47,685 nucleotides of DNA, from the sequence record OP120783.1. One strand, written 5' to 3'. Shown here in pieces: positions 1-9,100 of the stretch. Source of the DNA: Cronobacter phage SG01. How positions within the stretch are numbered: the stretch's first letter is position 1; each line of letters begins with the position of its first letter. The notes beneath the pieces are model-generated. The model made no database searches. It saw only the letters and a program-made list of their open reading frames with translations, and was not told where the DNA came from. A program made the translations under genes and the position numbers.

Positions 1-1
1 T

Positions 2-304
2 ACGGGTTTAATCCAGGGTGCATCCAAAAAGGTGCCGGTTGAGATAATTCCCGTTCAGCGAGACACCGACAAAGTAGTGCGTGCTATGGACGCCGCTCCA
101 GTGATGAAAGCTGGGCGCGTGTTGCTGCCTGACAACCACCCGATGCTTGAGGAAATCCAGGCCGAAGTCGCTGCATTCACCGCCGACGACTCACACCCAC
201 ACGATGATATTGTCGATAACATCGTTGACGTGGTTAATATTGAGTTGAACATCGGGAACGATGCTGTTACGAGAATGAAACGCCTTGCTGGTATCAAGTC
301 TTGA
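2..304 (+). CDS. terL: Terminase large subunit, C-terminal fragment (gene runs off the left edge)
   Basis: Frame is open to the window edge (TGLIQGASKKVPVEIIPVQRDTDKVVRAMDAAPVMKAGRVLLPD...DDIVDNIVDVVNIEL), typical TerL C-terminus; followed by portal gene. Confidence 0.8.
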   Translation, partial: TGLIQGASKKVPVEIIPVQRDTDKVVRAMDAAPVMKAGRVLLPDNHPMLEEIQAEVAAFTADDSHPHDDIVDNIVDVVNIELNIGNDAVTRMKRLAGIKS

Positions 305-309
305 CGTAT

Positions 310-336
310 AATGGGCCACCTATGGCCCATTTTTTT
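310..336 (+). terminator. Intrinsic terminator after terL
   Basis: AATGGGCCA-CCTA-TGGCCCATT then T tract, immediately before SD GGAG of the portal gene. Confidence 0.75.
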
Positions 337-346
337 GGAGTTTATT

Positions 347-1645
347 ATGTCAAAGCCAGAATTGGTTAAAGAGGATTCCTATGAATCCACGTTTAAGGGC
401 GGTGATGGACGGAAAGGTTTGGCCGTTATTTCGCCACTCTTGCAGGGCAGCACGTTATCAAAATTATACGCGGAAGATGACATTGCCCGTCGCATTGTAG
501 ATGTGGTGCCGGAAGAAATGATTTCGGCAGGATTCCAGATCGACGGCGTTGGTGATGAGGACGATTTTCGTTCTTATTGGGATGAGATCCGAGTAGAGCA
601 GCAAATAACTGACGCTCTTTGCTGGTCTCGACTTTTCGGCGGCGCGGCCATCGTGGCGCTCATTAATGACCGTCGCGCGCTTACGTCTCCCGCCGTACCT
701 GGCGCAAAACGCATTGAGGGCATCCGAGTTTATGACCGTACTCAAATTAAGGTTAAAAGCCGAGTAACCAACGCCAGATCCATGCGTTACGGTGAGCCTG
801 AAATTTATACTGTGATGCCTGGCGGTGAGGTGACTGATTATGATGTTCACTATACCCGCGTGCATCTCATTGACGGCGAGCGACTTCCAAACGGGGAGCG
901 CAAGAAAAATGACGGCTGGGGGGCATCTGTTTTAACTAAGAGACTCGTAGAGGCCATTGAGGATTATAACGAGTGTCAAAAGCTGGCAACTGAAATCCTT
1001 CGCCGCAAACAACAGGCCGTGTGGAAAGCGCAAAACCTTGCTCAACTTTGCGAAGACGACGACGGCAGGAGCGCGGCGCGCCTGCGACTGGCTCAGGTTG
1101 ACGATAACAGCGGCGTTGGCCGCGCAATTGGTATCGACGCCAACGATGAAGATTATGTTGTTCTCAACTCTGACGTTTCCGGCGTGCAGACCATTCTGCA
1201 AGAGAAGATGGATCGCATTGTTGCCCTGTCCGGAATCCATGAAATTATTCTCAAGAACAAAAACACTGGCGGCGTTAGCGCCAGCCAGAACACCGCGCTT
1301 GAGACGTTTCACAAGCTGGTAGATCGCAAGCGTAATGATGATTACCTGCCGGTTTTGGAGTTCCTTCTGCCATTTATCGTTCAGGAGAAAGACTGGTCAA
1401 TTATCTTTAACCCTCTGAGTAAGCCGAGCGATAAAGATAATGCCGAAATCCTCGGAAAGAATGTTGAAAGCTTGGGCAAAGCTGTTTCTGAGCAGATGAT
1501 CACGGTTGATGAAGCGCGCGACACCATGCGCGCCATTGCACCGCAGATTAAGCTGAGCAAAAGCAACAACGTAACCTTTGAAGAAGCCGAAGAAGAAGAT
1601 CCGGCAGAGCCTGAGCCTGAGCCTGATCCTGAGATGGGGGAATAA
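347..1645 (+). CDS. Phage portal protein (DUF1073-like)
   Basis: Translation (ARRIVDVVPEEM..., CWSRLFGGAAIV..., SGIHEIILKNKNTGGVSAS) and position after TerL; SD-supported ATG at 347. Confidence 0.85.
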   Translation: MSKPELVKEDSYESTFKGGDGRKGLAVISPLLQGSTLSKLYAEDDIARRIVDVVPEEMISAGFQIDGVGDEDDFRSYWDEIRVEQQITDALCWSRLFGGAAIVALINDRRALTSPAVPGAKRIEGIRVYDRTQIKVKSRVTNARSMRYGEPEIYTVMPGGEVTDYDVHYTRVHLIDGERLPNGERKKNDGWGASVLTKRLVEAIEDYNECQKLATEILRRKQQAVWKAQNLAQLCEDDDGRSAARLRLAQVDDNSGVGRAIGIDANDEDYVVLNSDVSGVQTILQEKMDRIVALSGIHEIILKNKNTGGVSASQNTALETFHKLVDRKRNDDYLPVLEFLLPFIVQEKDWSIIFNPLSKPSDKDNAEILGKNVESLGKAVSEQMITVDEARDTMRAIAPQIKLSKSNNVTFEEAEEEDPAEPEPEPDPEMGE

Positions 1646-1647
1646 CT

Positions 1648-2415
1648 ATGATAATTAAGGGAGTCGCTAAAAAGTGGCGATTCCCTGATTCCAGCGAAAG
1701 GCAGCTAAGTACCATGCTGCAATCGGGAGTCAGGGATCTCGTTAAGCGTCTGAGGGAGCGCACGCGAGCGATGAAGTTCGATGCCACAAGCGAGGAAATA
1801 AACACCGCAGAAAGTGATGCTGAATCTTTGGCCGATCAGTTAATCAGCGCCATTGTCTCCGCCCTTCCGGCTCTAGCCTTGCAGGTATACCGTTTCAACC
1901 GCAAGCAGTGGATCTTGGTGGCGATATCTGCCGGTGGCAAAGATAATTTATCTGTCAGGCTTTTACAGACGCTTGGTGATAATTACCGCGAGTCATGGGA
2001 GGATGAGTTACAGCGGCAGTGGGAGGATATGGCAGAGCAGTCAGTAAGGAAGATGTTCGACAACATCATCGCTGACTGGTCATCAAAAATCAGGCAGGGT
2101 AATTTCAGCAGCCAGAATGACGCTCAGGTCAGAGAGATGGCAGAGCAGAGATTTGTCGTGTATCGTGGCTGGGCTAAAAACAGAGCTTCCGGAATCGTTG
2201 GGGCGTGGAATAGCAGACTGATGCGGCAGCGACTTCAAGATGCAGGAGTTACACACTATTTCTGGCGTGGTATCATGGACGACAGAGAACGACCCAAGCA
2301 TGTCTCATGGGAGGGCAAGAGAATATCCCTTGATGATATACATCCATTTCCAGGTGAAGAATACGGATGCAGATGCTGGGCGGTGCCAGATTTTTCAACC
2401 AATCAGGAGAATTAG
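1648..2415 (+). CDS. Head morphogenesis / minor head protein (Mu gpF-like)
   Basis: C-terminal RGIMDDRERPKHVSWEGKRISLDDIHPFPGEEYGCRCWAVP is typical of the phage Mu gpF-like domain. Confidence 0.85.
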   Translation: MIIKGVAKKWRFPDSSERQLSTMLQSGVRDLVKRLRERTRAMKFDATSEEINTAESDAESLADQLISAIVSALPALALQVYRFNRKQWILVAISAGGKDNLSVRLLQTLGDNYRESWEDELQRQWEDMAEQSVRKMFDNIIADWSSKIRQGNFSSQNDAQVREMAEQRFVVYRGWAKNRASGIVGAWNSRLMRQRLQDAGVTHYFWRGIMDDRERPKHVSWEGKRISLDDIHPFPGEEYGCRCWAVPDFSTNQEN

Positions 2416-2417
2416 CA

Positions 2418-3536
2418 ATGACAGCAAAGCAGCGTTACGACTCTGCGCGGATTAGCGCCAAAATCGACGAAAACGGTTTTCTTGTGGATCGGCCAATCGT
2501 CGCTCGAATCGGATTGCAGATTTACCAGACGCCAAACGGCGAGCGCCGAGAGTTCCGCCCTGCGTCGGAGGTTTTCAAGGCCGATTCATTACAGAGCTTT
2601 TCCGGCAAGCCTGTAACCCTGGGGCATGTTACTGTCACGCCGGACAACGCCGAGGAAGTTGTTGTTGGAGCATGTCATGGCGCAGGTCTGCCGAATGGGA
2701 TCGGCGTTGAGGTTCCACTTTGCATCTACTCACGACGCGCTATTGAGAGCGCAAAGTCAAAGCGCACTGCGGAAATTTCGGTAGGTTACACCTCAGAGGA
2801 TGTGGAAAAATCAGGATGGGGCAGTAACGAAACTGGAGAGTTCATTCTTGAAGAAGATATGAAGCAGGATCAGGTTATTCCTGATGGGTGGGTTAAGTTC
2901 GACGCATTGCAGACCAACATCACGGTTAATCATGTGGCAATGGTTTTTAAAGGTCGCGCCGGTATTGCGAAATTAAATCTTGATAGTAACCAGGATTTTC
3001 CATATGATGAGCCGGTTATTTCCAAACTGAAACAGGATGACGAAATGAAAAAAATCAAACTTGACAGCGGCGAAACCGTAGAGGTAACGCCGGAAGTTGC
3101 GAGCCATATCGAAGCTATCCAGAGCCGCGCGGCGACGGCGGAGGCGAAAGCCACTACTCTTGAAGTTGAGCGCGACAATCTGAAATTGCAGGTTGAGCAA
3201 ATTCCGAGCAAGATCGAGGCGGCAGTAAATCAGGCAAAAGCCGACGCCGCCGAGCGCTCCAAGCTGGTAGAAATCGCAAGCGCCGTTGGCGTCAAGTGCG
3301 ATGGTCTGGATGATAAGCAGATTAAGATCGCCTTTGTTAAGGCTGTCACTAATCGCGACGTTAGCCAGAAAGACGACAGCTACATTTCCGCCGCGTTCGA
3401 TCTGGCGAAAGATGCCGATCCGATGGCTGAACAGCGCCGCACCATCAAAGGCGATGTTGAGCAGAACGCGTCGAAAGAGAAAGGCGACTCAGCAGGCCCG
3501 CGCCCTGCAAGCCGGCTGGCTAAACTGAAAGCTTAA
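2418..3536 (+). CDS. DUF2213-type protein (probable capsid maturation/scaffold role)
   Basis: GLQIYQTPNGERREFRPASEVFKADSLQSFSGKPVTLGH... with coiled-coil C-terminus; location between gpF-like and capsid genes. Confidence 0.75.
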   Translation: MTAKQRYDSARISAKIDENGFLVDRPIVARIGLQIYQTPNGERREFRPASEVFKADSLQSFSGKPVTLGHVTVTPDNAEEVVVGACHGAGLPNGIGVEVPLCIYSRRAIESAKSKRTAEISVGYTSEDVEKSGWGSNETGEFILEEDMKQDQVIPDGWVKFDALQTNITVNHVAMVFKGRAGIAKLNLDSNQDFPYDEPVISKLKQDDEMKKIKLDSGETVEVTPEVASHIEAIQSRAATAEAKATTLEVERDNLKLQVEQIPSKIEAAVNQAKADAAERSKLVEIASAVGVKCDGLDDKQIKIAFVKAVTNRDVSQKDDSYISAAFDLAKDADPMAEQRRTIKGDVEQNASKEKGDSAGPRPASRLAKLKA

Positions 3537-3593
3537 TCAACTATTGGCTGGCGGCCATGCCGCCACCTTCCAAAAATAAAAGAGGTAACAATC

Positions 3594-4085
3594 ATGGCAG
3601 AAATTCCGGCTTACTATCAAAGCGAGATGGCCGTTGCGCTTCCGGGCCAGGTATCCGACACTTCCGCATATAACATTGATGGCGCTTGCGTCGTTGATGG
3701 CGACGCGGATATCCTGGTCGGCGTTGCAGTTCAGATCGCGAGCGTTGACCCGCTGGGCCACAAGCTGATTCGCGGCATGGCGGCTGGCAAAAAGCCTTAC
3801 GGCATCGCCATCCGCTCTCACTTCCAGACCGATTCGTCCGGCGCTAACATGGTGTACAAATCCGGCAGCGGCATTAACGTCATGACGAAAGGCCGCGTTT
3901 GGATGCGTTCCAGCGACGCAACACTCACCGCGCAAGCTTACGGCACTCCGCTTAAGATCGACGTTAACGGCCTGGCGAATACCAGCGCAGAAGAAACGAA
4001 CATCGAAACCGGCTGGATCTACACCGGCAGCGTGACGACCTTCAAGGGAATCAAGCTCGCAGAGGTTCAGCTTTTGCAGGTGTAA
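3594..4085 (+). CDS. Structural cement / head decoration-like protein
   Basis: Small protein next to capsid gene; GxVxDTxxYNIDGAxVV... resembles phage cement proteins. Confidence 0.6.
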   Translation: MAEIPAYYQSEMAVALPGQVSDTSAYNIDGACVVDGDADILVGVAVQIASVDPLGHKLIRGMAAGKKPYGIAIRSHFQTDSSGANMVYKSGSGINVMTKGRVWMRSSDATLTAQAYGTPLKIDVNGLANTSAEETNIETGWIYTGSVTTFKGIKLAEVQLLQV

Positions 4086-4101
4086 AACCGATGTTAAGAT
4101 A

Positions 4102-4128
4102 AAGACCGCTTAGGCGGTCTTTTTTTTG
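4102..4128 (+). terminator. Intrinsic terminator
   Basis: AGACCGC...GCGGTCT followed by T8 and GGAG. Confidence 0.75.
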
Positions 4129-4140
4129 GAGATAAACAAT

Positions 4141-4641
4141 ATGGCTGATTATTCGAACGTAATGCTGCAACAATGCCCAGGTTCCATAGGTGACACAAGC
4201 GAATATAATATTGATGGCGCTTGCTTCGTCTCAGAATCGGTTGCCAGTGTTGTCTGCGGGCAAATTGTGGCTGTAAAGTCAGTGGTTGACGGGTACAAGG
4301 AAATAACCAACCAGATTCCTGGCGGACTTGCTTATGGGGTAGCTTTGAGATCCGCTCTTGTGCTTGGGAAGAATGCGAACGGGAGACGTGCTTACCTGAG
4401 CGGTGATCCGATATCGGTTGTGTCGCATGGCCGCGTTTGGGTTCTCACGAATACCATTCAAAGCCAGCCCAGGCCAGGAAGCGCCGTTAAAACTTCGGCA
4501 TCCGGGATCGCAAGTAATGCGGGAAGCGAAATTTACGGATGGACTTATACTGGCGGCTTCATCAAATGGGATGAAACCTACTGGCTAGTGGAAGTTCAAA
4601 TCAAGCAGTCATCTGCATTTTTGCGGCCCGATGCGGTATAG
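4141..4641 (+). CDS. Second cement-like protein, paralog of the preceding gene
   Basis: Shares pattern PGxxxDTSxYNIDGACxV...G.A.....S..Q/V...G...V...GRVWV with 3594..4085. Confidence 0.6.
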   Translation: MADYSNVMLQQCPGSIGDTSEYNIDGACFVSESVASVVCGQIVAVKSVVDGYKEITNQIPGGLAYGVALRSALVLGKNANGRRAYLSGDPISVVSHGRVWVLTNTIQSQPRPGSAVKTSASGIASNAGSEIYGWTYTGGFIKWDETYWLVEVQIKQSSAFLRPDAV

Positions 4642-4653
4642 CAAAAAATACGG

Positions 4654-4681
4654 TTGATTGCTTAACAAAAAATGCTATGAT
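4654..4681 (+). promoter_or_regulatory. Candidate sigma70-type promoter for the capsid gene
   Basis: TTGATT (4654-4659), 16-nt spacer, extended -10 TGC-TATGAT (4676-4681). Confidence 0.5.
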
Positions 4682-4721
4682 GTGGGCGTTAATTGATAAC
4701 GCCTATTTCTAAGGAGTTTTT

Positions 4722-5684
4722 ATGACTAAGGTCAAATATGACGAGTACGAAAGCCAGGTCGTGACTCAGCATCTGGAGCGCCACGGATTTAAATCCGATG
4801 CCGTTGATGCCGGGATTTGGACGGCGCAGGAATTGCACCGCATTAAATCGCAGGCTTACGAAGAAGAATACCCGGTAGGTTCCGCGCTGCGCGTTTTCCC
4901 GGTAACGAATGAGCTTTCCGATACGGATAAAACTTTCGAATATCAGGTATTCGACAAAGTTGGCCTGGCGCAAATCATCGCCGACTATACCGACGACCTG
5001 CCGACTGTTGATGCGCTGATGTCCAGCGAGTTTGGCAAGGTTTACCGCCTGGGTAACGCCTTCCTGATTTCCATTGATGAGATCAAGGCTGGCGCTCGCA
5101 CCGGTAAGCCTCTCTCTAACCGCAAAGCAGCAGCCGCGCAACTGGCGCACGATCAGCTCGTTAACCGTCTGGTGTTCAAGGGCTCCGCGCCGCACAAAAT
5201 CGTTTCCGTGTTCAACCATCCGAACATCACGAAAATTGTTGCTTCGGCTAAGTGGCTGGCTAACGATGGCACCAAAAACGCCGAGCAGGCATCCAGCGAT
5301 CTGGAAAACGCTATTGAAATCCTGCAAACTCAGACGCAGGGCCAGCATCGCGCAACCAACATCCTGATCCCGCCGTCCGTTCGTAAGGTTCTGGCGGTTC
5401 GTATGGAAAATACCACGCAGAGCTACCTGGATTATTTCAGCGCGCAAAACGCAGGCATCACCATCGAATCCATCGCGGAACTCGAAGATATCGACGGCGC
5501 TGGCACGAAAGGCGTGCTGGTGTACGAGAAAAACCCGATGAACATGAGCATTGAGCTTCCTGAGCTTTTCAACATGCTCCCGGCGCAACCGAAAGACCTG
5601 CATTTCAAAGTGCCTTGCACCTCCAAATGCACCGGCCTGACGATTTACCGCCCGCTGACGCTTGTTTTAATTACCGGCGTATAA
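4722..5684 (+). CDS. Major capsid protein (DUF2184-like)
   Basis: 320 aa; ATNILIPPSVRKVLAVRMENTTQSYLDYFSAQNAG... LPAQPKDLHFKVPCTSKCTGLTIYRPLT; position. Confidence 0.8.
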   Translation: MTKVKYDEYESQVVTQHLERHGFKSDAVDAGIWTAQELHRIKSQAYEEEYPVGSALRVFPVTNELSDTDKTFEYQVFDKVGLAQIIADYTDDLPTVDALMSSEFGKVYRLGNAFLISIDEIKAGARTGKPLSNRKAAAAQLAHDQLVNRLVFKGSAPHKIVSVFNHPNITKIVASAKWLANDGTKNAEQASSDLENAIEILQTQTQGQHRATNILIPPSVRKVLAVRMENTTQSYLDYFSAQNAGITIESIAELEDIDGAGTKGVLVYEKNPMNMSIELPELFNMLPAQPKDLHFKVPCTSKCTGLTIYRPLTLVLITGV

Positions 5685-5691
5685 TAATATT

Positions 5692-5717
5692 AAGCCTCTC
5701 ATAGAGAGGCTTTTTTA
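5692..5717 (+). terminator. Intrinsic terminator after capsid gene
   Basis: AAGCCTCTC-ATA-GAGAGGCTT + T tract. Confidence 0.8.
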
Positions 5718-5732
5718 TTAACGGAGAAAAAT

Positions 5733-6062
5733 ATGTCTAAGAAAACCACTGAGCAGCAGAACGAAACGACCGCAGAGCAGAAGAACGAAGTTGCCAGCCC
5801 GGCATCTCACACCCTGGTTAACGATGGGGCTTGCGTCATTCACTTTGGCGGCAAGCGCGTTATGCCCGGCGAGTCTTTCGAGGTTGACGCTGACGCACTG
5901 AAAAATCAGGGCATCGTTTATTCCATCTGCCGTGGCGAGCTTTCCGTAAAAGGCAACCCCGACCTGACCAAGCAGATCAAAGAAGATGCCTATTCCAAGC
6001 GCAGCAAAGACCCTTACGAGGGCAAGACGCTGAAAGAGCTTGAGGATGGCGGCGAAATCTAA
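5733..6062 (+). CDS. Hypothetical virion-module protein
   Basis: ATG with SD; conserved position between capsid and connector genes. Confidence 0.65.
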   Translation: MSKKTTEQQNETTAEQKNEVASPASHTLVNDGACVIHFGGKRVMPGESFEVDADALKNQGIVYSICRGELSVKGNPDLTKQIKEDAYSKRSKDPYEGKTLKELEDGGEI

Positions 6063-6066
6063 AAAC

Positions 6067-6090
6067 AAGGGCGCTGATAGCGCCCTTTTT
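6067..6090 (+). terminator. Intrinsic terminator
   Basis: AAGGGCGC-TGATA-GCGCCCTT + Ts. Confidence 0.75.
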
Positions 6091-6107
6091 CATATCAGGG
6101 TGAAATC

Positions 6108-6503
6108 ATGAACGAGAATATCCTATTGATTATCCGCCAGGTTGCCCCTCCGATGAAAAAAATTCCGGATGAAACTATCGAGGCGTGGGTCGAGATGGCG
6201 AAGTTGTTCGTTTGCGAAAGCAAATTTGGCGATGATTACGACAGGGCGCTTGCGCTTTACACGCTCCACCTGATGACGCTTGAGGGCGCGCTCAAGACCG
6301 AGAAAGACAGCGTTGAGAGCTACACGCAGCGAGTAGCGTCATTCTCTCTGAGCGGTGAGTTTTCTCAGACTTTCCAGAGCACAACGGGCGGAGACAAGTC
6401 GCTAAGCGCTACGCCGTGGGGCGAAATGTATCGCGCTCTAAACCGCAAAAAAGGCGGCGGGTTCGGTTTGATTACCGGACTGCGCAGGGGGTGCTGCGAA
6501 TGA
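6108..6503 (+). CDS. DUF4054-like head-tail connector
   Basis: [21 protein letters not shown]... [20 protein letters not shown] pattern. Confidence 0.75.
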   Translation: MNENILLIIRQVAPPMKKIPDETIEAWVEMAKLFVCESKFGDDYDRALALYTLHLMTLEGALKTEKDSVESYTQRVASFSLSGEFSQTFQSTTGGDKSLSATPWGEMYRALNRKKGGGFGLITGLRRGCCE

Positions 6504-6871
6504 ATTACGATCAGATCAGGGCAATGGCGTCTGCCGGGATTGATTTTTTCAGCGACGGCGATGGTAATTTCAAGTGCATCACGCAGCAGGGCGGCGTTAA
6601 GATGGTTGGAGGTGTTGAGGTTCCGGTCGCCGAGCAAAGCGTGACCATCCACGGCTTAATTCGTTCGCCAAAGATTCGCGAGGTTGACGGCGAGCAAATT
6701 ATGGTCACTGATAAGCTGGGAATTTTCAATGCCGATGTAGAGATCAAGAAAGGGTATCGAATTGTCGTTGATGGCGAAACGTACACCGTTACGGAGCCGA
6801 GACCAGTCAGGCAAACCGGCACAACGGTAGCATATCGCCCAATTTTGCGGAGGGTTGCAGTAGGTGGCTAA
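6500..6871 (+). CDS. Head-tail joining protein, hypothetical
   Basis: ATGA overlap with upstream gene; [23 protein letters not shown] typical of head-closure proteins. Confidence 0.6.
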   Translation: MNYDQIRAMASAGIDFFSDGDGNFKCITQQGGVKMVGGVEVPVAEQSVTIHGLIRSPKIREVDGEQIMVTDKLGIFNADVEIKKGYRIVVDGETYTVTEPRPVRQTGTTVAYRPILRRVAVGG

Positions 6872-7304
6872 CTACAAGATCAACACCTTCACGACCAGTA
6901 TTGACAAGTGGATAGACGCTGCCGGATCTGGCATTACCGACTGCATAGAAATAATGGCCGGTAAAGTTCAGACAGATCTGGTTAATCGCTCGCCCGTCGA
7001 TACTGGTCGCTTCCGTGGAAACTGGCAGGTGACAGCTAACCGCCCGGCAATGCACGCGCTGAATAATTACGACCGAGACGGCGCGGATACCATCGCAGAA
7101 GGAAAGCGCGCAGTTTATGCCATGCTGCGTGGCGGCGGCGCTGTTAAGCAGATCTGGTTTTCAAACATGCTAATCTACGCGAACGCTCTTGAGTACGGCC
7201 ACTCAAAACAGGCACCGGCTGGCGTTGTCGGAGTGGTTGCGGTAAGGCTAAGATCTTACCTGGTGGACGCGATAAAAGAAGCGAGGGCAAAGAATGCACT
7301 ATGA
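6864..7304 (+). CDS. HK97 gp10-like tail completion protein (GTG start)
   Basis: RSPVDTGRFRGNWQV motif and YANALEYGHSKQAPAGVV. Confidence 0.75.
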   Translation: MANYKINTFTTSIDKWIDAAGSGITDCIEIMAGKVQTDLVNRSPVDTGRFRGNWQVTANRPAMHALNNYDRDGADTIAEGKRAVYAMLRGGGAVKQIWFSNMLIYANALEYGHSKQAPAGVVGVVAVRLRSYLVDAIKEARAKNAL

Positions 7305-7695
7305 ATTAATGCTGGCGGCAAGGGTTTTGCTTGATACTCAATTCGGCACGGCCTACTCGATATCTTATGAGAACGTTCCTTTCGTTCCTCCGGCTGATGG
7401 TTCCATGTGGTTAAAATTCGACTATATGGAAGCCGATACGATATTCCTTTCTCTGGATCGGAAATGCAAATCGTATATTGGTATAGTTCAGGTTGGAGTT
7501 ATTTTTGCCCCAGGCGACGGCACTGACGCAGCCCGGCGCGCCGCGTCCGATATTGCCAAATTCTTTTACGATGGTAGAATGTTGCAGCATGGCTATATCT
7601 ATCAAGGCGCAGAAGTGCGGCCAGTTCAAAAACATGAAACGGGGTATATGATCCCGGTTCGCTTTACGGTTCGTTTCGACGAAAAACAGGAGTAA
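7294..7695 (+). CDS. Tail terminator-like protein (DUF4128-like)
   Basis: Size, order and VPFVPPADGSMWLKFDY... motif. Confidence 0.7.
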   Translation: MHYELMLAARVLLDTQFGTAYSISYENVPFVPPADGSMWLKFDYMEADTIFLSLDRKCKSYIGIVQVGVIFAPGDGTDAARRAASDIAKFFYDGRMLQHGYIYQGAEVRPVQKHETGYMIPVRFTVRFDEKQE

Positions 7696-7698
7696 TTT

Positions 7699-8355
7699 AT
7701 GCACCTTCCTAACGGTTCTCAAATTTTCATCGGTAGCGAGATGGGCGCGGAAATTAACGCGACTCAAGTTTCCAAAGCCGAAAAGCCGGTTCTTTCTGTG
7801 GCGTCTACTGATGGCGTAGCGGCGGGCAACTACGTTATTATTACCAGCGCCACCTGGGGCCGCATGGTTGATCGTGTTCTTCGCGTGGATTCCATCGTCG
7901 AAGATACCAGCGTTACCCTCGAAGGCATCGACACCACTGATCCGAACGTTTTCCCGGCAGGCACCAACACCGCCACCTTCCGCGTCATCACTTCGTGGAC
8001 TGAGATCCCATGCGTTCAGGATCTGGCGCAGGACGGCGGCGAGCAGCAGTTCTATACCTACCAGTGTCTTTCTGACGATCAGGAACAGCAGCTTCCGACC
8101 TTCAAGAGCGCAGTGTCGCTGACTTACACGTTCGCGCATGAGTATAACAACCCGATCTATCCGATGCTGCGCAAGGCTGACGAAAGCGGCGACGTTACAC
8201 CAATGCGCATGTTCGTGCCGAAGGCTAAAGAAATGCGCCTGTGGGCCGGGGTTCTTTCTTTCAACGAAATCCCGCAAACCAGCGTCAACGAAATGGAAAC
8301 TGTATCACTTTCCGTTTCCCTGAAAGGTAAATTTACCTTCCTACCTTCCGAGTAA
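7699..8355 (+). CDS. Major tail tube protein
   Basis: Position; IPCVQDLAQDGGEQQFYTYQCLSDDQEQQLPTFKSAVSLTYTFAHE typical of tail tube proteins. Confidence 0.75.
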   Translation: MHLPNGSQIFIGSEMGAEINATQVSKAEKPVLSVASTDGVAAGNYVIITSATWGRMVDRVLRVDSIVEDTSVTLEGIDTTDPNVFPAGTNTATFRVITSWTEIPCVQDLAQDGGEQQFYTYQCLSDDQEQQLPTFKSAVSLTYTFAHEYNNPIYPMLRKADESGDVTPMRMFVPKAKEMRLWAGVLSFNEIPQTSVNEMETVSLSVSLKGKFTFLPSE

Positions 8356-8359
8356 AAAC

Positions 8360-8384
8360 ACGGGGCATTGCGCCCCGTTTTTTA
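8360..8384 (+). terminator. Intrinsic terminator after tail tube gene
   Basis: ACGGGGC-N5-GCCCCGT + TTTTT. Confidence 0.8.
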
Positions 8385-8396
8385 TTGCCATATAAT
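8368..8396 (+). promoter_or_regulatory. Candidate promoter whose -35 lies in the terminator loop
   Basis: TTGCGC (8368-8373) N17 TATAAT (8391-8396). Confidence 0.35.
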
Positions 8397-8425
8397 CCAA
8401 GCTCCAACAATACGGAGATAATGAT

Positions 8426-8746
8426 ATGTCAAAGAAATTCAAGATTACCCTGGGCCGCCTGCCTGATTTCAAACTGCCGGTATCAATGACGCTTCAAAAT
8501 GGCGAGACTGGCGATATGTGTTTCACGGTTCGCCACCTTAAGGCGTCGGAACTACAGGAAATGATGCAGCAGGAAAAACCGGTCAGTGACGTAGAATTTA
8601 TTAAAACCATCGCGTCTGGCTGGGATCTGGAAGAAGAATTTAACGACGAAAATATCGCTGAGCTTCTGTCTCTTTTCCCGATGGCCGCAGCTTCAATGAT
8701 GGAAGCTTACACTGCCGCAATGATTGGCGCGCGGGCAAAAAACTAA
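8426..8746 (+). CDS. Tail assembly chaperone, short form (gpG-like)
   Basis: Upstream of tape measure; ends GCA AAA AAC TAA. Confidence 0.75.
   Translation: MSKKFKITLGRLPDFKLPVSMTLQNGETGDMCFTVRHLKASELQEMMQQEKPVSDVEFIKTIASGWDLEEEFNDENIAELLSLFPMAAASMMEAYTAAMIGARAKN
8737..8743 (+). promoter_or_regulatory. Programmed -1 ribosomal frameshift site A AAA AAC
   Basis: Canonical heptamer in correct 0-frame phase directly before the stop TAA (8744-8746); -1 frame opens into the downstream chaperone ORF. Confidence 0.85.
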
Positions 8747-9063
8747 AACGGGCCGTTTACCTGTACTATCAGAAAGATCCCACTGATGAAGAATTGAAAG
8801 CAGTTGGCTTGAGCCGCGAAGATTACGAAGGAGAAGATCCGGAAGAAGTGATTTTCGATGAATCAATGATGGAGTCTTGGGATCTGTTTTGCGCCATGCA
8901 GACACAATGGAGATCGGCAGGTGGCGGCCCATACGGATTTGATTATAACGTTTTGCCTATGCTATTCAGAGTCTATAGAATAGACGACGAAGAAGCGGCG
9001 TTTAACGATTTGCGAATCATGGAGTCTAAAGCCCTTGAGATGCTAAATCAGAAAAGCAAATAA
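8743..9063 (+). CDS. -1 frame extension of tail assembly chaperone (gpGT-like fusion)
   Basis: -1 frame reads LKRAVYLYYQKDPTDEELKAVGLSREDYEG... continuous with track ORF 8794..9063, which lacks its own good start. Confidence 0.75.
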   Translation, partial: LKRAVYLYYQKDPTDEELKAVGLSREDYEGEDPEEVIFDESMMESWDLFCAMQTQWRSAGGGPYGFDYNVLPMLFRVYRIDDEEAAFNDLRIMESKALEMLNQKSK

Positions 9064-9086
9064 GCGCCCTGGTGGCGCTTTTTTTA
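9062..9086 (+). terminator. Intrinsic terminator
   Basis: AAGCGCC-CTGGT-GGCGCTT + Ts. Confidence 0.75.
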
Positions 9087-9100
9087 TAGGAGTTACTTTT

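Noticed and set aside
4689-5603. 304-aa reverse-strand ORF opposite the capsid gene
   Set aside because: Antisense of a confidently coding gene; shadow ORF typical of GC-biased codon usage, no SD, no recognisable domains.
7411-8277. 288-aa reverse-strand ORF opposite tail genes
   Set aside because: Spans across two well-supported + strand genes; shadow ORF.
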